64,000 nt of DNA. It comes from a virus (taxonomy: Duplodnaviria > Caudoviricetes). Below, one piece after another: positions 41,956 to 53,306 of the stretch (position 1 is its first letter; every line of letters begins with the position of its first letter). The stretch spans positions 3,500 to 67,499 of the IMG/VR virus record IMGVR_UViG_3300029305_005136; one strand, given 5' to 3'. A program made the position numbers and the translations under genes. Below the pieces are notes generated by a model that was not told where the DNA came from, made no database searches, and saw only the letters and a list, made by a program, of their open reading frames with translations.

Positions 41956-42543
41956 GTGAGGTTAAAAATGTACTATGATACGATTTATATAAATGATATC
42001 CCAGAACATAAAAATTCATCAAGTTGTACTGAAAATGTTGAAATAAATAATAGATTTGATATGAAGGTCAATGAAACTCCGGAGTATAACGCTGATAAAT
42101 TCGCAATAAATACAGACAGTTTCATATTATGTTATTTAAGGCATTCATTATTGTTTTGTGAATATAGATTTGTTATTAAAGAAGACGAAAATACATATGT
42201 TACATATAATTTTCCTTTAATTTCTAATTTATATAGAATTAGAAATAAACAAGATGAAATGCTTAAAATATATAGTGAAGGAAAAACAAAAGAAGTTCGT
42301 GGAAAAAATGTAGAAAAACTTAAAATAAAAACTCTATTAGGAGAATTTTATATATTTAACAGAAATAACAGATCATATTATCTATATGCTACTAAAGAAC
42401 AAATGAATCGTATGCTAAATTTTATAAAAAATACAATAAAAGAAAATATGAAATCCTATAAATTCAAATGGAAAAAAATGAAATTAAAAAGTTCCAGGAA
42501 ATGCTCAATATTTAATAAAAACAAAATGTCTCTTAAAGGTTAA
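41956..42543 (+). CDS. hypothetical protein
   Basis: ORF track. Confidence 0.6.
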   Translation: MRLKMYYDTIYINDIPEHKNSSSCTENVEINNRFDMKVNETPEYNADKFAINTDSFILCYLRHSLLFCEYRFVIKEDENTYVTYNFPLISNLYRIRNKQDEMLKIYSEGKTKEVRGKNVEKLKIKTLLGEFYIFNRNNRSYYLYATKEQMNRMLNFIKNTIKENMKSYKFKWKKMKLKSSRKCSIFNKNKMSLKG

Positions 42544-42718
42544 CTTTTTATTCCTTATAATATATAAATGATATAGAGGATTCAATGAATATAAAACTAA
42601 TGTGAACAGTTTGTCTTACATTAATTGTGTACTTTATGATATCAATGCTTGGTTTGATTAGTGTTATTATTTTTGCTATACTGAGTTTCATTTTCATAAA
42701 AGTTAGGAGTATTATACT

Positions 42719-43093
42719 ATGTCAACACCAGCATTAATAATATTCAAAAATGAAACAGAAAATCTAACATGTTTATATAAACATTTCGATGGATATCCGG
42801 AAAGATTAAAAAATAAACTCGAATTAACATTGGAAACAACAAAGAAGGAAAAGTTATATAAAAATAATTTTAAGATTCCGGAAATGGATAACTTTTCTGT
42901 ATTCTTTTTATATAATCTTTTCAAATATGAAGAGAAAAATAACACTTTGGGATATTTAAGTGATTATCATATCATTAATATAGATAAAAATGAATCCGAT
43001 TTCGATAAACTTAGAAAAATGTATGGTGTTGTGTATATCTATTTGATTGAACAAGTAGATGAAAAGTTTTCAATTGTAATAAAAGAGGTATAA
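42719..43093 (+). CDS. hypothetical protein
   Basis: AGGAG RBS; MST..I...Y.H.DGYP motif. Confidence 0.7.
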   Translation: MSTPALIIFKNETENLTCLYKHFDGYPERLKNKLELTLETTKKEKLYKNNFKIPEMDNFSVFFLYNLFKYEEKNNTLGYLSDYHIINIDKNESDFDKLRKMYGVVYIYLIEQVDEKFSIVIKEV

Positions 43094-43095
43094 CC

Positions 43096-43242
43096 ATGGA
43101 TGATATCTGTGTCTTCTGCAAAGAAAAAATTGACGGTCGAATTTTTACTGAAAAAGGATTAAAGGAGTACGAAATTTCTGGAATATGTGAAGTGTGCTAT
43201 GATTCACTTGCAACAGAAATGCTTGAAGAAGATGAGTACTAA
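43096..43242 (+). CDS. small Zn-finger protein
   Basis: GAGG RBS; CVFC...CEVC. Confidence 0.6.
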   Translation: MDDICVFCKEKIDGRIFTEKGLKEYEISGICEVCYDSLATEMLEEDEY

Positions 43243-43692
43243 ATGAGAACAAAAAGCTTAAAAAAGAAAAATAATAGATATGACAAACATTTAGATGAAC
43301 AACATTATCAGGAATCAGCATATAAAAATATATGCAAAGGATTAAATAAAACCTTATCAAATCATTGCTATTCAAGAATCCTAGAACGAAAAATATCACT
43401 AAACAAATTCATATCTATTATTAATGGAAAAAAATTCTATCATATATCTAATAATAAGAAAAACAAAACAATTTATCTATATAAATCAAAAACACTCAAT
43501 TATGTATTAATTGAAAGAAGCAATGTCTTCGTAACGATATTTCCAACGTCAGATAAAAACGCATATTCTCTCATCTTCAAATATGATGATGAATTTGTTT
43601 TTGAAGATGTCGATACAGCATGGACACATAATGAATTTCTAAAATATAAAAATGCAAAATATAAAAATGCAAAAATAAATAAAATCAAATAA
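43243..43692 (+). CDS. hypothetical protein
   Basis: ORF track. Confidence 0.6.
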   Translation: MRTKSLKKKNNRYDKHLDEQHYQESAYKNICKGLNKTLSNHCYSRILERKISLNKFISIINGKKFYHISNNKKNKTIYLYKSKTLNYVLIERSNVFVTIFPTSDKNAYSLIFKYDDEFVFEDVDTAWTHNEFLKYKNAKYKNAKINKIK

Positions 43693-43744
43693 ATATAAAA
43701 TAAACGAGTGATTTTTCCGATAAAAACTCTCGGAGGAATCACTT

Positions 43745-44305
43745 ATGACATCATTCAGAATATCAACAAAAGATTATGCATTCATATTTTCACAATTTAA
43801 ATCAAATGAATATGTAAGATATCTATTTAAGAAAATAAACAACAAAACCTATAAATTAGAAGAATATTGTGTTGCATATATTAAAGATTCTAATTGTAAT
43901 TTTCTTAAGAAAAGAGCTTATTTTATTAAATCATTAAAAGATAGTGATATGTCATTAATGTTTTTTGAAAAGATAAAACTTAATGATGACGAGTTTTGTC
44001 ATTGTTCAAAACATGGAAGCACATTATGTCCTGAATGTACAAATAAATCACAAAGGTTTAAATGTTTCAAATGTGCATATTATAAATTTGTTATTAATAA
44101 ATGTTCAAATAAAACATATGTCGATAACATGTATAAACTTCCCTATATTGATAAAGAAAAAGATTCATGTGGTATTATCTTATTTAAAACAAATGAAGAT
44201 TCTGCTGTAACAACATATGTAAATCTTCACTTCAAAAACAGAAGTACTATTTATCAATTAATAAAACAACTATATAATATATCTGAGCTTATAACTGAAC
44301 CATAA
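43745..44305 (+). CDS. Cys-rich hypothetical protein
   Basis: ORF with GGAGG RBS. Confidence 0.65.
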   Translation: MTSFRISTKDYAFIFSQFKSNEYVRYLFKKINNKTYKLEEYCVAYIKDSNCNFLKKRAYFIKSLKDSDMSLMFFEKIKLNDDEFCHCSKHGSTLCPECTNKSQRFKCFKCAYYKFVINKCSNKTYVDNMYKLPYIDKEKDSCGIILFKTNEDSAVTTYVNLHFKNRSTIYQLIKQLYNISELITEP

Positions 44306-44316
44306 GAGGTATTATA

Positions 44317-45261
44317 ATGACATTATATTTTCATCCTGTTAAATCGTTATGCAATAAAGATTGTAATTTTTGCATAACGAAACAGCAATTAAATATAACT
44401 GATAATGCATATCCTGAATTTGTTTATTATAAAGATATTAATTTAGATGAAATTAATAGAAATAAAGAAATTTCGTGTATTGAAGTAACAGGTGGAGGAG
44501 AACCAACACTTCATCCTAAAATCTGTTCTTTATTAACTATGTTAAAGTCAACACACAAAAAGATAAAATTGTACACAAATGGATTAAGTTTAGTCACAAA
44601 TTTGCCTCGTATTGATATTATAACTATTTCTGCAAACATAGCAACAATGTGGTTATCTGAAGAAAGGGAAACATTAAAAAAGGCTATAGCAGCATATAGA
44701 GATAAGTGTGACATATTAAGAGTTAGAGTTTATTATCCATATGCTTCATTAGATGTAGATGTACTTATATTTAAAAGATTTATTGACACATATAATGCAG
44801 AAAAAACATTATATTCTCTTGTAGATCAATGGATATTGGGAAAGGATTTTAATAATAAAAATTCATTGAAAGAAGAATTTGAAAAAATAAAAGATATGTT
44901 TCCATTTAATATTAAGTTGGATGATAATGAAAAACATTGTCTGTTATATCCACTTTTATATACAGATGGAAAAATTCATGAAAACTGGAATTTTATATTA
45001 AAAGATAAAAAGAAATCATATCATATAAAAGAAATTCCAAAGGGTGATTATGGAACATCAAAGAAAATTTTAGAAGAAGTTAATGAATTAATTGATTCTG
45101 AAAATCAAAAATGTAAAATAATGTCACTTATTGAGTTGTCAGATATTATTGGAGCTGTTGAAGGATACCTTGAAACAAATTATCCTAATTTAACATTGGA
45201 TGATTTAATTTGTATGAAACAAATAACAAAAAGGGTTTTTGAAAATGGCCACAGAAATTAA
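44317..45261 (+). CDS. radical SAM protein fused to a short MazG-like helical domain
   Basis: CNKDCNFC, TGGGEP; C-terminal EE..E...E..D. Confidence 0.75.
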   Translation: MTLYFHPVKSLCNKDCNFCITKQQLNITDNAYPEFVYYKDINLDEINRNKEISCIEVTGGGEPTLHPKICSLLTMLKSTHKKIKLYTNGLSLVTNLPRIDIITISANIATMWLSEERETLKKAIAAYRDKCDILRVRVYYPYASLDVDVLIFKRFIDTYNAEKTLYSLVDQWILGKDFNNKNSLKEEFEKIKDMFPFNIKLDDNEKHCLLYPLLYTDGKIHENWNFILKDKKKSYHIKEIPKGDYGTSKKILEEVNELIDSENQKCKIMSLIELSDIIGAVEGYLETNYPNLTLDDLICMKQITKRVFENGHRN

Positions 45262-45829
45262 TTGGAATAATATAAATGAATTTCTAAATCTTATTCCAGC
45301 TAAATATATAGATGTTCCGTGAATCGTTCCAAACGATATAAAAAATATAACATATGATAAAAATGATATGTTTGTGTTAAATGATTATTCACTTGTTGGT
45401 TCAGCGGAACAAGGATTCATCTATTTTCAAGTAAATGATATTTTAAAAAATAAAATATATAAAACATGTACCCCGTGTTTCAGAAATGAACAAACAATTA
45501 ATGATAAAACACGACAATATTTTATGAAGGTTGAATTGTTTCTTCCTAACGCGACAGAAGATATCTTATTACAATTTGTTGAAACAGCAAAAATTTATCA
45601 TACTATTCTACTAAATAAATGCCATAACTTTATATTCAAAGAAGCTGAAAATTTATTAAATATTATAAAAACAAATAAAGGTTATGATATTTTATTAAAT
45701 GATATCGAAATAGGTTCATATTATTACAATGAATACACATATAATAATATTAACTATCATTATATATGTGGAACAGGAATAGCGGAACCAAGATTTTCAT
45801 ATGCATTAAGGATCAATTATGATAAGTAA
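45245..45829 (+). CDS. truncated class II aminoacyl-tRNA synthetase-like core (UGA=Trp)
   Basis: LVGSAEQGF, TPCFRNE (motif 2), F.KVEL, IEIGSY, GTGIAEPR (motif 3). Confidence 0.7.
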
Positions 45830-46163
45830 ATTAGACGATATTCATAAAAAGTTGTTAGAATTAATAACAGATTCAAACGATAAAATTACATTAAATGAAT
45901 CATATATTAGTTTGAAAATGTTATTAAACAAGTATAATAATGATTCATTTGAATTCCCATATCCTAATTATGAATTTAGGGAAGAAGATAATGTTTGTAT
46001 AGATGGTGATATTATAGGTCAAATAATAAAAATTGTTCCATTAGGAAAGAAATTCAAGTTTACTGTAAAACTTAATAATAATGAATATAAAAATTATGTG
46101 AGGGATACATTAAATTGTAGTGAAGATAAAGATTTTTATCTGCATTCAGCAAGATGGGATTAA
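45819..46163 (+). CDS. hypothetical protein
   Basis: ORF track. Confidence 0.6.
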   Translation: MISKLDDIHKKLLELITDSNDKITLNESYISLKMLLNKYNNDSFEFPYPNYEFREEDNVCIDGDIIGQIIKIVPLGKKFKFTVKLNNNEYKNYVRDTLNCSEDKDFYLHSARWD

Positions 46164-46201
46164 ATAATATATTCTTCATTTTTGAAAAATGGAGGTTTTA
46201 T

Positions 46202-46783
46202 ATGAATTTAAAATATAAAGATGAATGTGTCAGATCTTCTTATTATATTGCTGTAAAGTTTCATGTATACAAAGATGGAAAACCTTTAGAATATGGAGAA
46301 AAATTAGGAACATATACATGTAAAAATTGTTATCGTCACGTTGAACATACAGTAGGAACACACATATATAGACATGCTGGATATGGAAATAATCCTAAAA
46401 TGAAATGCAGCTATTGTGGTGTTGAATATGATATTCCGGATGATTATTTTGAAATTAATATTGTCGGACCAGTAATATTTAAAAATAAATATTTATGGAA
46501 AAATTATCCTTCATTTTTATTTAGATATGATGCATTGCCATATCATGGATGTAGAAAGAATAATCATAGTAAGCGAGGTTTATCAAAAAAGGGACTTATC
46601 TTTTCATCATATAAAAAATCGATAGATGAGCAAATTTTGGATGATTTATGCACCATATCATTTAAAGATATAAAAAGAAGAAATGTATATCGTGAAAGTG
46701 GAATGGATTGTTGGGATTCACCATATAGAAATAGACCTCGTCGTTCATGGAAAAGAACCAAGAAAAGAAAACAATGGATGTAG
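46202..46783 (+). CDS. hypothetical protein with Zn ribbon and basic tail
   Basis: GGAGG RBS. Confidence 0.65.
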   Translation: MNLKYKDECVRSSYYIAVKFHVYKDGKPLEYGEKLGTYTCKNCYRHVEHTVGTHIYRHAGYGNNPKMKCSYCGVEYDIPDDYFEINIVGPVIFKNKYLWKNYPSFLFRYDALPYHGCRKNNHSKRGLSKKGLIFSSYKKSIDEQILDDLCTISFKDIKRRNVYRESGMDCWDSPYRNRPRRSWKRTKKRKQWM

Positions 46784-46826
46784 TTAACAATATTGCAATT
46801 TTTATATAAAATAAAGGAAAAAAGCA

Positions 46827-47084
46827 ATGTCAAGGACTTATAGAGATAGAGGATTCTATAATAGTGAAAAATATGCTAAAAGATTAAATTTTGATATAAA
46901 TTTTCCATCTTGGTGGTATTTAGCTGATAATTGTAGATTTAAACGAGATTCAAAACTTTTTAAGAAACTAATGAACAAAGCATATAGAGTTAAACAAAGA
47001 AGCAGATATGTAAATAAAGATTTCGATGAAATCATATATCCTGATTATAAAATGTGTGTTGATATAGATTGGTTTGATACATAA
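46827..47084 (+). CDS. basic hypothetical protein
   Basis: ORF with RBS and upstream promoter. Confidence 0.65.
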   Translation: MSRTYRDRGFYNSEKYAKRLNFDINFPSWWYLADNCRFKRDSKLFKKLMNKAYRVKQRSRYVNKDFDEIIYPDYKMCVDIDWFDT

Positions 47085-47273
47085 GGAGGTTATAAATGAA
47101 CATTTTTGCTATTGTTTTAGATGATAATAAAGCTATTCTTACATGGTCAGATTCAACAATGATTATGAAAAAAGATGATGCAATTGATATTCTAAAAAAC
47201 TTTCTTAATGATATGCCTTTTCATTCTTGTAATTATATCCAATAAAAAAAGAGGTCATTTTGACCTCTTTTTT

Positions 47274-47937
47274 CTATTTTGTTGCTGATTTTATAAAATC
47301 ATCTAAATACATATATACGTATTTTAAATATTGTTTCATTCCTTTATCATCTAATTTTTTCTTTAATCCATAATATGTTTCGGATTCAACATCTTTTCCT
47401 GATTTTAATGATTTAACAATTTTATCAATTTTATTTTCAAGAGATTCATCATCATAACCGAATATATTATCTAATATTTCAAATACTGTGTTATTAGCAT
47501 ATGCCATAAGTTCTTGTTTATCATTTGTTATCTCAGGTGTTTTTCATTTACTAGCTAAATATTCCTTCTTCATTTTCATAAACTGATTCTTATGTGTCAA
47601 TTCATGTATTATAATCGATTTCAAATCATGTATAAAATCTTCATATCAATAATCAGAAAGATGAATGGATTTATCAAATATATCCTTATTAAAAAATATA
47701 ACAATCTTCCCTGTCTTCGTTGTATATCCGACCTTGAATAGAACTTGTATTAGATACGTTTACCTTATTTGTTTTTTCAAAATATATATCCTCTGAATTA
47801 AAAACATCATTCAACACCTTCAAAGGATTATGTGTAAGATCATATATATCATCTTCTAAGTTATTTAATTTATTTGAAATTTTCGGACCGAAAGATGTTT
47901 TAATGATTGCTTCGTTTAGGTAAGAGTTTAATCTCAT
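47274..47937 (-). CDS. ~220-aa HExxH zinc metallopeptidase-like protein (MRLNSYLNEA); needs CGGA(47730-27)=Gly and UGA=Trp
   Basis: IQG-G-YTTKTG..IIHELTHKNQ..ELMAYA joins track ORFs 47689-48045 and 47274-47507. Confidence 0.82.
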
Positions 47938-48022
47938 AAAAATCTCCATTTGAGTTAACATGGTTTGAATTTTGTTGTATAATATATTTATCCAAAAATA
48001 ATTAATATAAAAGAGAACGTAT

Positions 48023-48331
48023 ATGTCACTTGTTTTATCCATCATAAAGAATGTTTTATATAATGATGTATATTCAATGCAGGAGCTTTTGAATAAGTGT
48101 CATGAGAAATATCATTATTCAACTTTTTATAATAAGAACAAGAATTCATTTGTTATATCATATAAAGACGCATATATTTCAAGAAGATATATATTAAAAT
48201 TATTGAGAGACATAAAAGACGGAAAAATTAAAATTCCAGTATATGACATTAATGAATATGAGTTAGCATATTTTTATTATAGAAAGATTGAAGGAATTCA
48301 AACAATAAATCTTGTATTTATAGGAGATTAA
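48023..48331 (+). CDS. hypothetical protein
   Basis: ORF track. Confidence 0.6.
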   Translation: MSLVLSIIKNVLYNDVYSMQELLNKCHEKYHYSTFYNKNKNSFVISYKDAYISRRYILKLLRDIKDGKIKIPVYDINEYELAYFYYRKIEGIQTINLVFIGD

Positions 48332-48334
48332 GAT

Positions 48335-48637
48335 ATGAAGATTCGAGAAGGATTTGTTAGTAATAGTTCTAGTAGTTCATTTGTAATTCATAAATCAGCG
48401 TTTAAGAATGATTCTGAGTTTGAAGAATTTTATGATAAACTTGTTGAGGCTGATAGAAATATAGATGAAGAATATGAATTTCCTTCATATAAATGGGGTG
48501 ATTCCGAAGGAAAATATGAGAAATATGGGAATTTTATTGTTATTGAAACATTTCATGCTCCAAAGGAAATTAAAGATCTTCTTAGGGAGTATAAAATAAC
48601 AACCGCTAGTAAAGATGTTTATGTTTTCGAGTATTAA
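48335..48637 (+). CDS. hypothetical protein, MKIRxGFVSNSSSSSF family
   Basis: N-terminal motif. Confidence 0.7.
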   Translation: MKIREGFVSNSSSSSFVIHKSAFKNDSEFEEFYDKLVEADRNIDEEYEFPSYKWGDSEGKYEKYGNFIVIETFHAPKEIKDLLREYKITTASKDVYVFEY

Positions 48638-48737
48638 CCATGAGTAGTTTTGTATAAAAATTAATAAATAACTTTATTGAAAAGTGAATAATTTTAATGA
48701 AGAATGATATAAATAGAAATAAAAAGGTTATAATTAG

Positions 48738-49298
48738 ATGAAGTTAAGTACATATGCTAAAGAAATGGGTGTTTGTTATAGAACAGCATACAATTGGTAT
48801 AGAGCAGGTAAAATTAAAGGAGCATATTCGCTTGATACTGGAACAATTATTGTTCCTAATTTGAATAATGAAAGTTATGGTGTTATTTTATATGCAAGAA
48901 CTTCAAGTTCGCAAAATAAAAAATTATTGGAAAATCAAGTAGAAAGACTAAAAAACTATGCATCTGCAAAAGGTTACAAAATAAAATCAATAATCAAAGA
49001 ATACGGCTCTGGTTTAAATGACGAAAGAAAACAATTATCTAAAATCCTAAAAGAAAATAAATTCGATAAAATTATAGTTGAAAACAAGGACAGACTAACT
49101 CGATTCGGTTTTAATTGAATTCAACTTTTAACAAATAATAGAATCGAAGTTATAAATGAAGCAAAAGAAAAAGATGAAGATATAACACAAGATTTAATTT
49201 CTATAATTCATTGCTTTTCTGCTAGAATTTATGGTCTTAGGAGAAGTAAAAATTTAAAAAATAAAATTAAAAAAGAAATTGAGTTAATGGAAAGCTAA
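48738..49298 (+). CDS. tnpA: IS607 serine recombinase TnpA (UGA=Trp)
   Basis: MerR-like HTH, YARTSS, GSGLN..R, DRL.RFGF. Confidence 0.9.
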
Positions 49299-49300
49299 AA

Positions 49301-50504
49301 ATGATTTTAGTCGAATCTCACATCATAAAAAAATCTAATAAGATTTTATATAATGAATTAGATAAATTATCATTTTTATCTAAAAATCTTTATAACTCTG
49401 CATTATATGAGATTCGACAACATTATTTCAACACTAAAAAATATCTGAATAAATTTGAACTAATCAATAAATTTACCAAAGAAAAACAAATAGATTATAT
49501 AAAATTACCAAGAAAAGTTTCTCAACAAATTATATTTCAAGTTGATCAAAACTTTAAATCATTTTTTGCTTTGATTAACAAAAAGAAAGAAAAAACATAC
49601 ACAAAAAAAGTAAAGATACCCCGGATATTTAGATAAAATAAAAGGAAGAAACATTTTAATTTATACAAATCAAGCAATTTCATCCAAATTATTAAAACAA
49701 AATATTTTACATTTAAGTGGAACAAATTTCAAATTAAAAATAGAACATACAAATATTAAACAAGTAAGAATAATACCTAGAAATTCTTTTTATAAAATTG
49801 AAATTCTTTATGAAAAAGAAACTAAACAACTCAAGCAAAAAAATATAAAAATATCGTCTGTAGATTTAGGAGTAAATAACTTAGTAACTGTAGGATTTAA
49901 TTTTAAAAATTCTATTATAATTAATGGAAAACCATTAAAATCAATAAATCAATTCTATAATAAGAAATTAGCATTATTTAAATCAAAAGCTGAAAAATTA
50001 AATAAAAAATCAGCATATACAAATAAAATTCAAAAACTAACTAATAAAAGAAATAACAAAATAAATGATTATTTACATAAAGCATCCAGATATTTAATTA
50101 ATCATTTAGTTTTTAATGACGTAGATACATTAATTGTAGGTCTAAATAAGTCTTGAAAACAAGAAATTAATATCGGAAAAAGAAATAATCAAAATTTTGT
50201 TCAAATTCCTCATAGTAGATTTATAACTTTGTTGAAATATAAAGCTGAGTTAGAAGGAATAAATTTTATAGTTAGAGAAGAAGCTTATACGTCTAAATGC
50301 TCATTTTTAGATAATGAAGAAATTAAAAAGCATGATGAATATTTAGGTAAAAGAGTAAAAAGGGGTTTATTTAGGTCTTCAAATGGAAGATTGATAAATG
50401 CCGATTTAAATGCATCCCTAAATATTCTTAAAAAAGAAGTTCCAAATGCCTTCATTGGATATGGAATAGAGGTGTGTAATACGCCATTAGTAATTACACT
50501 ATAA
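49301..50504 (+). CDS. tnpB: TnpB RNA-guided nuclease (~400 aa); needs CGGA(49622)=Gly and UGA=Trp
   Basis: KIP-G-YLDK joins the halves; RuvC VDLG.NNL, NKS(UGA)KQ, EEAYTSKC, NAD.NA. Confidence 0.88.
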
Positions 50505-50722
50505 AATCTTCTTTATATATTTTTATATAAAAAAGATAATTATTATTACTTTGTTTTTGGATTAATGGTAACATAGTTAAACATTCTATTATAAGTCCAG
50601 CAATGACATTATCTAAATGTCTTGAAACAAAGAATAATCAAAATGTCATATTTAGTTATAAAGAAATATTTCCTGATAAAGACGTTGTTTTAATTTGTCA
50701 GGAAATAAAATAAGGAGACACT

Positions 50723-50965
50723 ATGATTACTAATGGATCATATAGTAGCACGAATACCGGAAATTATCAATATGGAAATTATATGAAAGGAAATTTTCCA
50801 TATGTTGATAATAACTTTTCATGTCCCGTATATATTAAACGAAAAGAAATGAGAGATGAATATTTTGATTTAACCAATGATTGTTCATTTTGTGCGCATC
50901 CAACATGTCCTTTAAGAGCTCCTATTATATGTTCAGCTAAGATTAATTTTTCACCATTGGATTAA
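50723..50965 (+). CDS. hypothetical protein
   Basis: AGGAG RBS. Confidence 0.55.
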   Translation: MITNGSYSSTNTGNYQYGNYMKGNFPYVDNNFSCPVYIKRKEMRDEYFDLTNDCSFCAHPTCPLRAPIICSAKINFSPLD

Positions 50966-50968
50966 ACA

Positions 50969-51283
50969 ATGAAATACAAACATATTATACCATTACTTTT
51001 ATTCGGTTTAACAGCATGTAGTAGTGATAATGGATTTGATAAAAATAGATTTTTTATCAATGCTAGAGAATATGATGAGCATAGAGTCGTTAACACTTTT
51101 GTTCATCATAATGCTGCTTTATTTAATGCTGATTGGTTCAATAATGTAAACAATTCAAGAATTAGAACACAATCATATAGTTTACCGAGAAATTTCTCAT
51201 CAATGTCATCAAAAATGAATACATCATCAATATTGGCAAGAGGTTCATCATCAATTAGTTCATTCGGAGGTAGATCATCATAA
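50969..51283 (+). CDS. lipoprotein with Ser/Gly-rich tail (YgiB-like context)
   Basis: Lipobox LTAC; tail RGSSSISSFGGRSS. Confidence 0.65.
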   Translation: MKYKHIIPLLLFGLTACSSDNGFDKNRFFINAREYDEHRVVNTFVHHNAALFNADWFNNVNNSRIRTQSYSLPRNFSSMSSKMNTSSILARGSSSISSFGGRSS

Positions 51284-52452
51284 TGAAAATTCTAGAATAT
51301 GACAAACTTCCTCAGGAAATTTTTGATCAACTACAATATCCATCTGACGGAAACTGCACTGATTTAGTAGTTTTATCCAAAAAACAAGCAGATGACTACT
51401 ATACCGCAGCATATGAATGCTTCAAAATGGTAGATGATGCTACAGAATATGTCATAAAAAATGATTTATATCATAAGTTGGGTATACCTGATTATATGAA
51501 AGGGATGATTGATCATACATATTATAATTATAAAATTCATCCACATATGTTGGGTAGGTTTGATTTTGCTGGTGGATTAGATGATATTCCAATTAAATTG
51601 ATTGAGTTTAATGCTGATACTCCGTTTACATTGTTTGAATCAGGTCCATTGCAATATACAATAGCAAAGCATTATAATCATAATCCTGATGTTAATCAAT
51701 ATAATACATTGTATGAAGCATTAGAAGAATATTTTCATTATTTGTCTAATATAAAGAAGGATATATATCCTGTGTTTGTTAGTGCAAATGCTAATGAAGA
51801 TAAATTTAATTTAGATGTTATTAAATATTCATGTGAAAATATGGCTATGTTTAATAATCCTTCTATTACATGGGAAGAATTTGGAATTGATGAGCTTAAG
51901 GGATTTTCAAGAATAAAAGATGACAATATTGTTGATTCATATAATTGTTTAGTAAAAATGGTTCCTTGGGATATGATATTATCTTTGGATGAAAATATGT
52001 CCAGAGAAATCATTAAAACAATGGAAAGGTTTTTACATGAATATGATTATGATATAATTGTCTGTAATCCATTATATTCATTGGTATATCAATCAAAGGG
52101 TTTATTACCTATATTATCTGAGTTATATCCTAATTCACCATATCTATTAAAATCAGAGTTTTATAATAATGATGAAGTTGATAATTGTTTTCTAAAACCT
52201 GTGTTTGGAAGAGAAGGTCAAAGTATTATTAAGGTTGTTAATGGACAGAAAACAAAAATAGATGGTTATTATGACGATAATATTTATATAAGTCAGGAAA
52301 TAGCACATTTTGCTAGACATAAAGATAAAATATATCAAGCAGGTGTTTTTGTTTCAATGGAGGAACCATGTTGTATATCATTTAGACGTTCTAAAAGTGA
52401 TATTATAACATGTAATAGTGAAATTTGTGGTCATATAATTAGTGAGGATTAA
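51283..52452 (+). CDS. glutathionylspermidine synthase-like ATP-grasp ligase
   Basis: GRFDF, LIEFNADTP..L.ES, QSKG.L, KPVFGREG. Confidence 0.9.
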   Translation: MKILEYDKLPQEIFDQLQYPSDGNCTDLVVLSKKQADDYYTAAYECFKMVDDATEYVIKNDLYHKLGIPDYMKGMIDHTYYNYKIHPHMLGRFDFAGGLDDIPIKLIEFNADTPFTLFESGPLQYTIAKHYNHNPDVNQYNTLYEALEEYFHYLSNIKKDIYPVFVSANANEDKFNLDVIKYSCENMAMFNNPSITWEEFGIDELKGFSRIKDDNIVDSYNCLVKMVPWDMILSLDENMSREIIKTMERFLHEYDYDIIVCNPLYSLVYQSKGLLPILSELYPNSPYLLKSEFYNNDEVDNCFLKPVFGREGQSIIKVVNGQKTKIDGYYDDNIYISQEIAHFARHKDKIYQAGVFVSMEEPCCISFRRSKSDIITCNSEICGHIISED

Positions 52453-52912
52453 TATTATGGATGAAGATATACTTATTTTTATGTGTTTAATCATTATAGG
52501 ATTTTTTATTATTATATTTTTATTAATATTTTTTAATGATGAGTCGGAATTTAAGACAAATGAATGTAATGTTTTAATTTTTAATAAAGATAAATGGGAA
52601 GACGGACATTTATATTTAACATATAATGATGAAGAGAAATTATACTTATTAGCTGTGCAATCTAAAGAAAAAGAATATTCAATTGTTATTCCGGAAAATC
52701 ATATTAATTATATTTTAGAAGAGATTAAAAGTAAAGAGGTTTATTTAAGGTATGATACTATGGAGTTAATTATGAATTTAGTAAAGCAAGACAATATTGA
52801 ACTTGTCGGTTTATTATTTAAGTATTTCGAAGGACTTCAGACAGATGAATTAAAATGTTTAGTTAGGTCTGATTTATTATTTGAGATGTTTAAATTGAAT
52901 AATCAGGTATAA
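52442..52912 (+). CDS. membrane-anchored hypothetical protein
   Basis: N-terminal hydrophobic helix. Confidence 0.6.
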   Translation: MRINIMDEDILIFMCLIIIGFFIIIFLLIFFNDESEFKTNECNVLIFNKDKWEDGHLYLTYNDEEKLYLLAVQSKEKEYSIVIPENHINYILEEIKSKEVYLRYDTMELIMNLVKQDNIELVGLLFKYFEGLQTDELKCLVRSDLLFEMFKLNNQV

Positions 52913-53306
52913 AATGTGATATGACATTATTATTCTTACACTTTTCGTATTTGTTATTTGACCATGAATTTTTATAAAATTTTTTATGAATGAAGATACA
53001 AAGAAACGTATTTTATATTTACCTAAAATAAAAAAGGATAAAAAGCTTTCTGATGTTTTAAGATTTGATATTCAAGGAAATAATATTAAAAATGTTTCAA
53101 AAATCAAGTAATATTTACTTTTCAATATAAATCTTTTATAATAAATTTGTGTTATGACGCATAAAATCGTTGGCATATAACTTTATTAATAAAATTTAAT
53201 AAAGTTATATGCCAATCATTGTTTATACCTCCCAGTGTCATTTTCAAAGAAATTAGCAGTTAACAATTCTGGGATATTTAATATAATATATAAAAAAGGA
53301 AAAATC

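Larger units (their letters stand above)
48738..50504 (+). mobile_element. IS607-family element (tnpA + tnpB); ends not defined
   Basis: Serine recombinase followed by TnpB. Confidence 0.85.
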
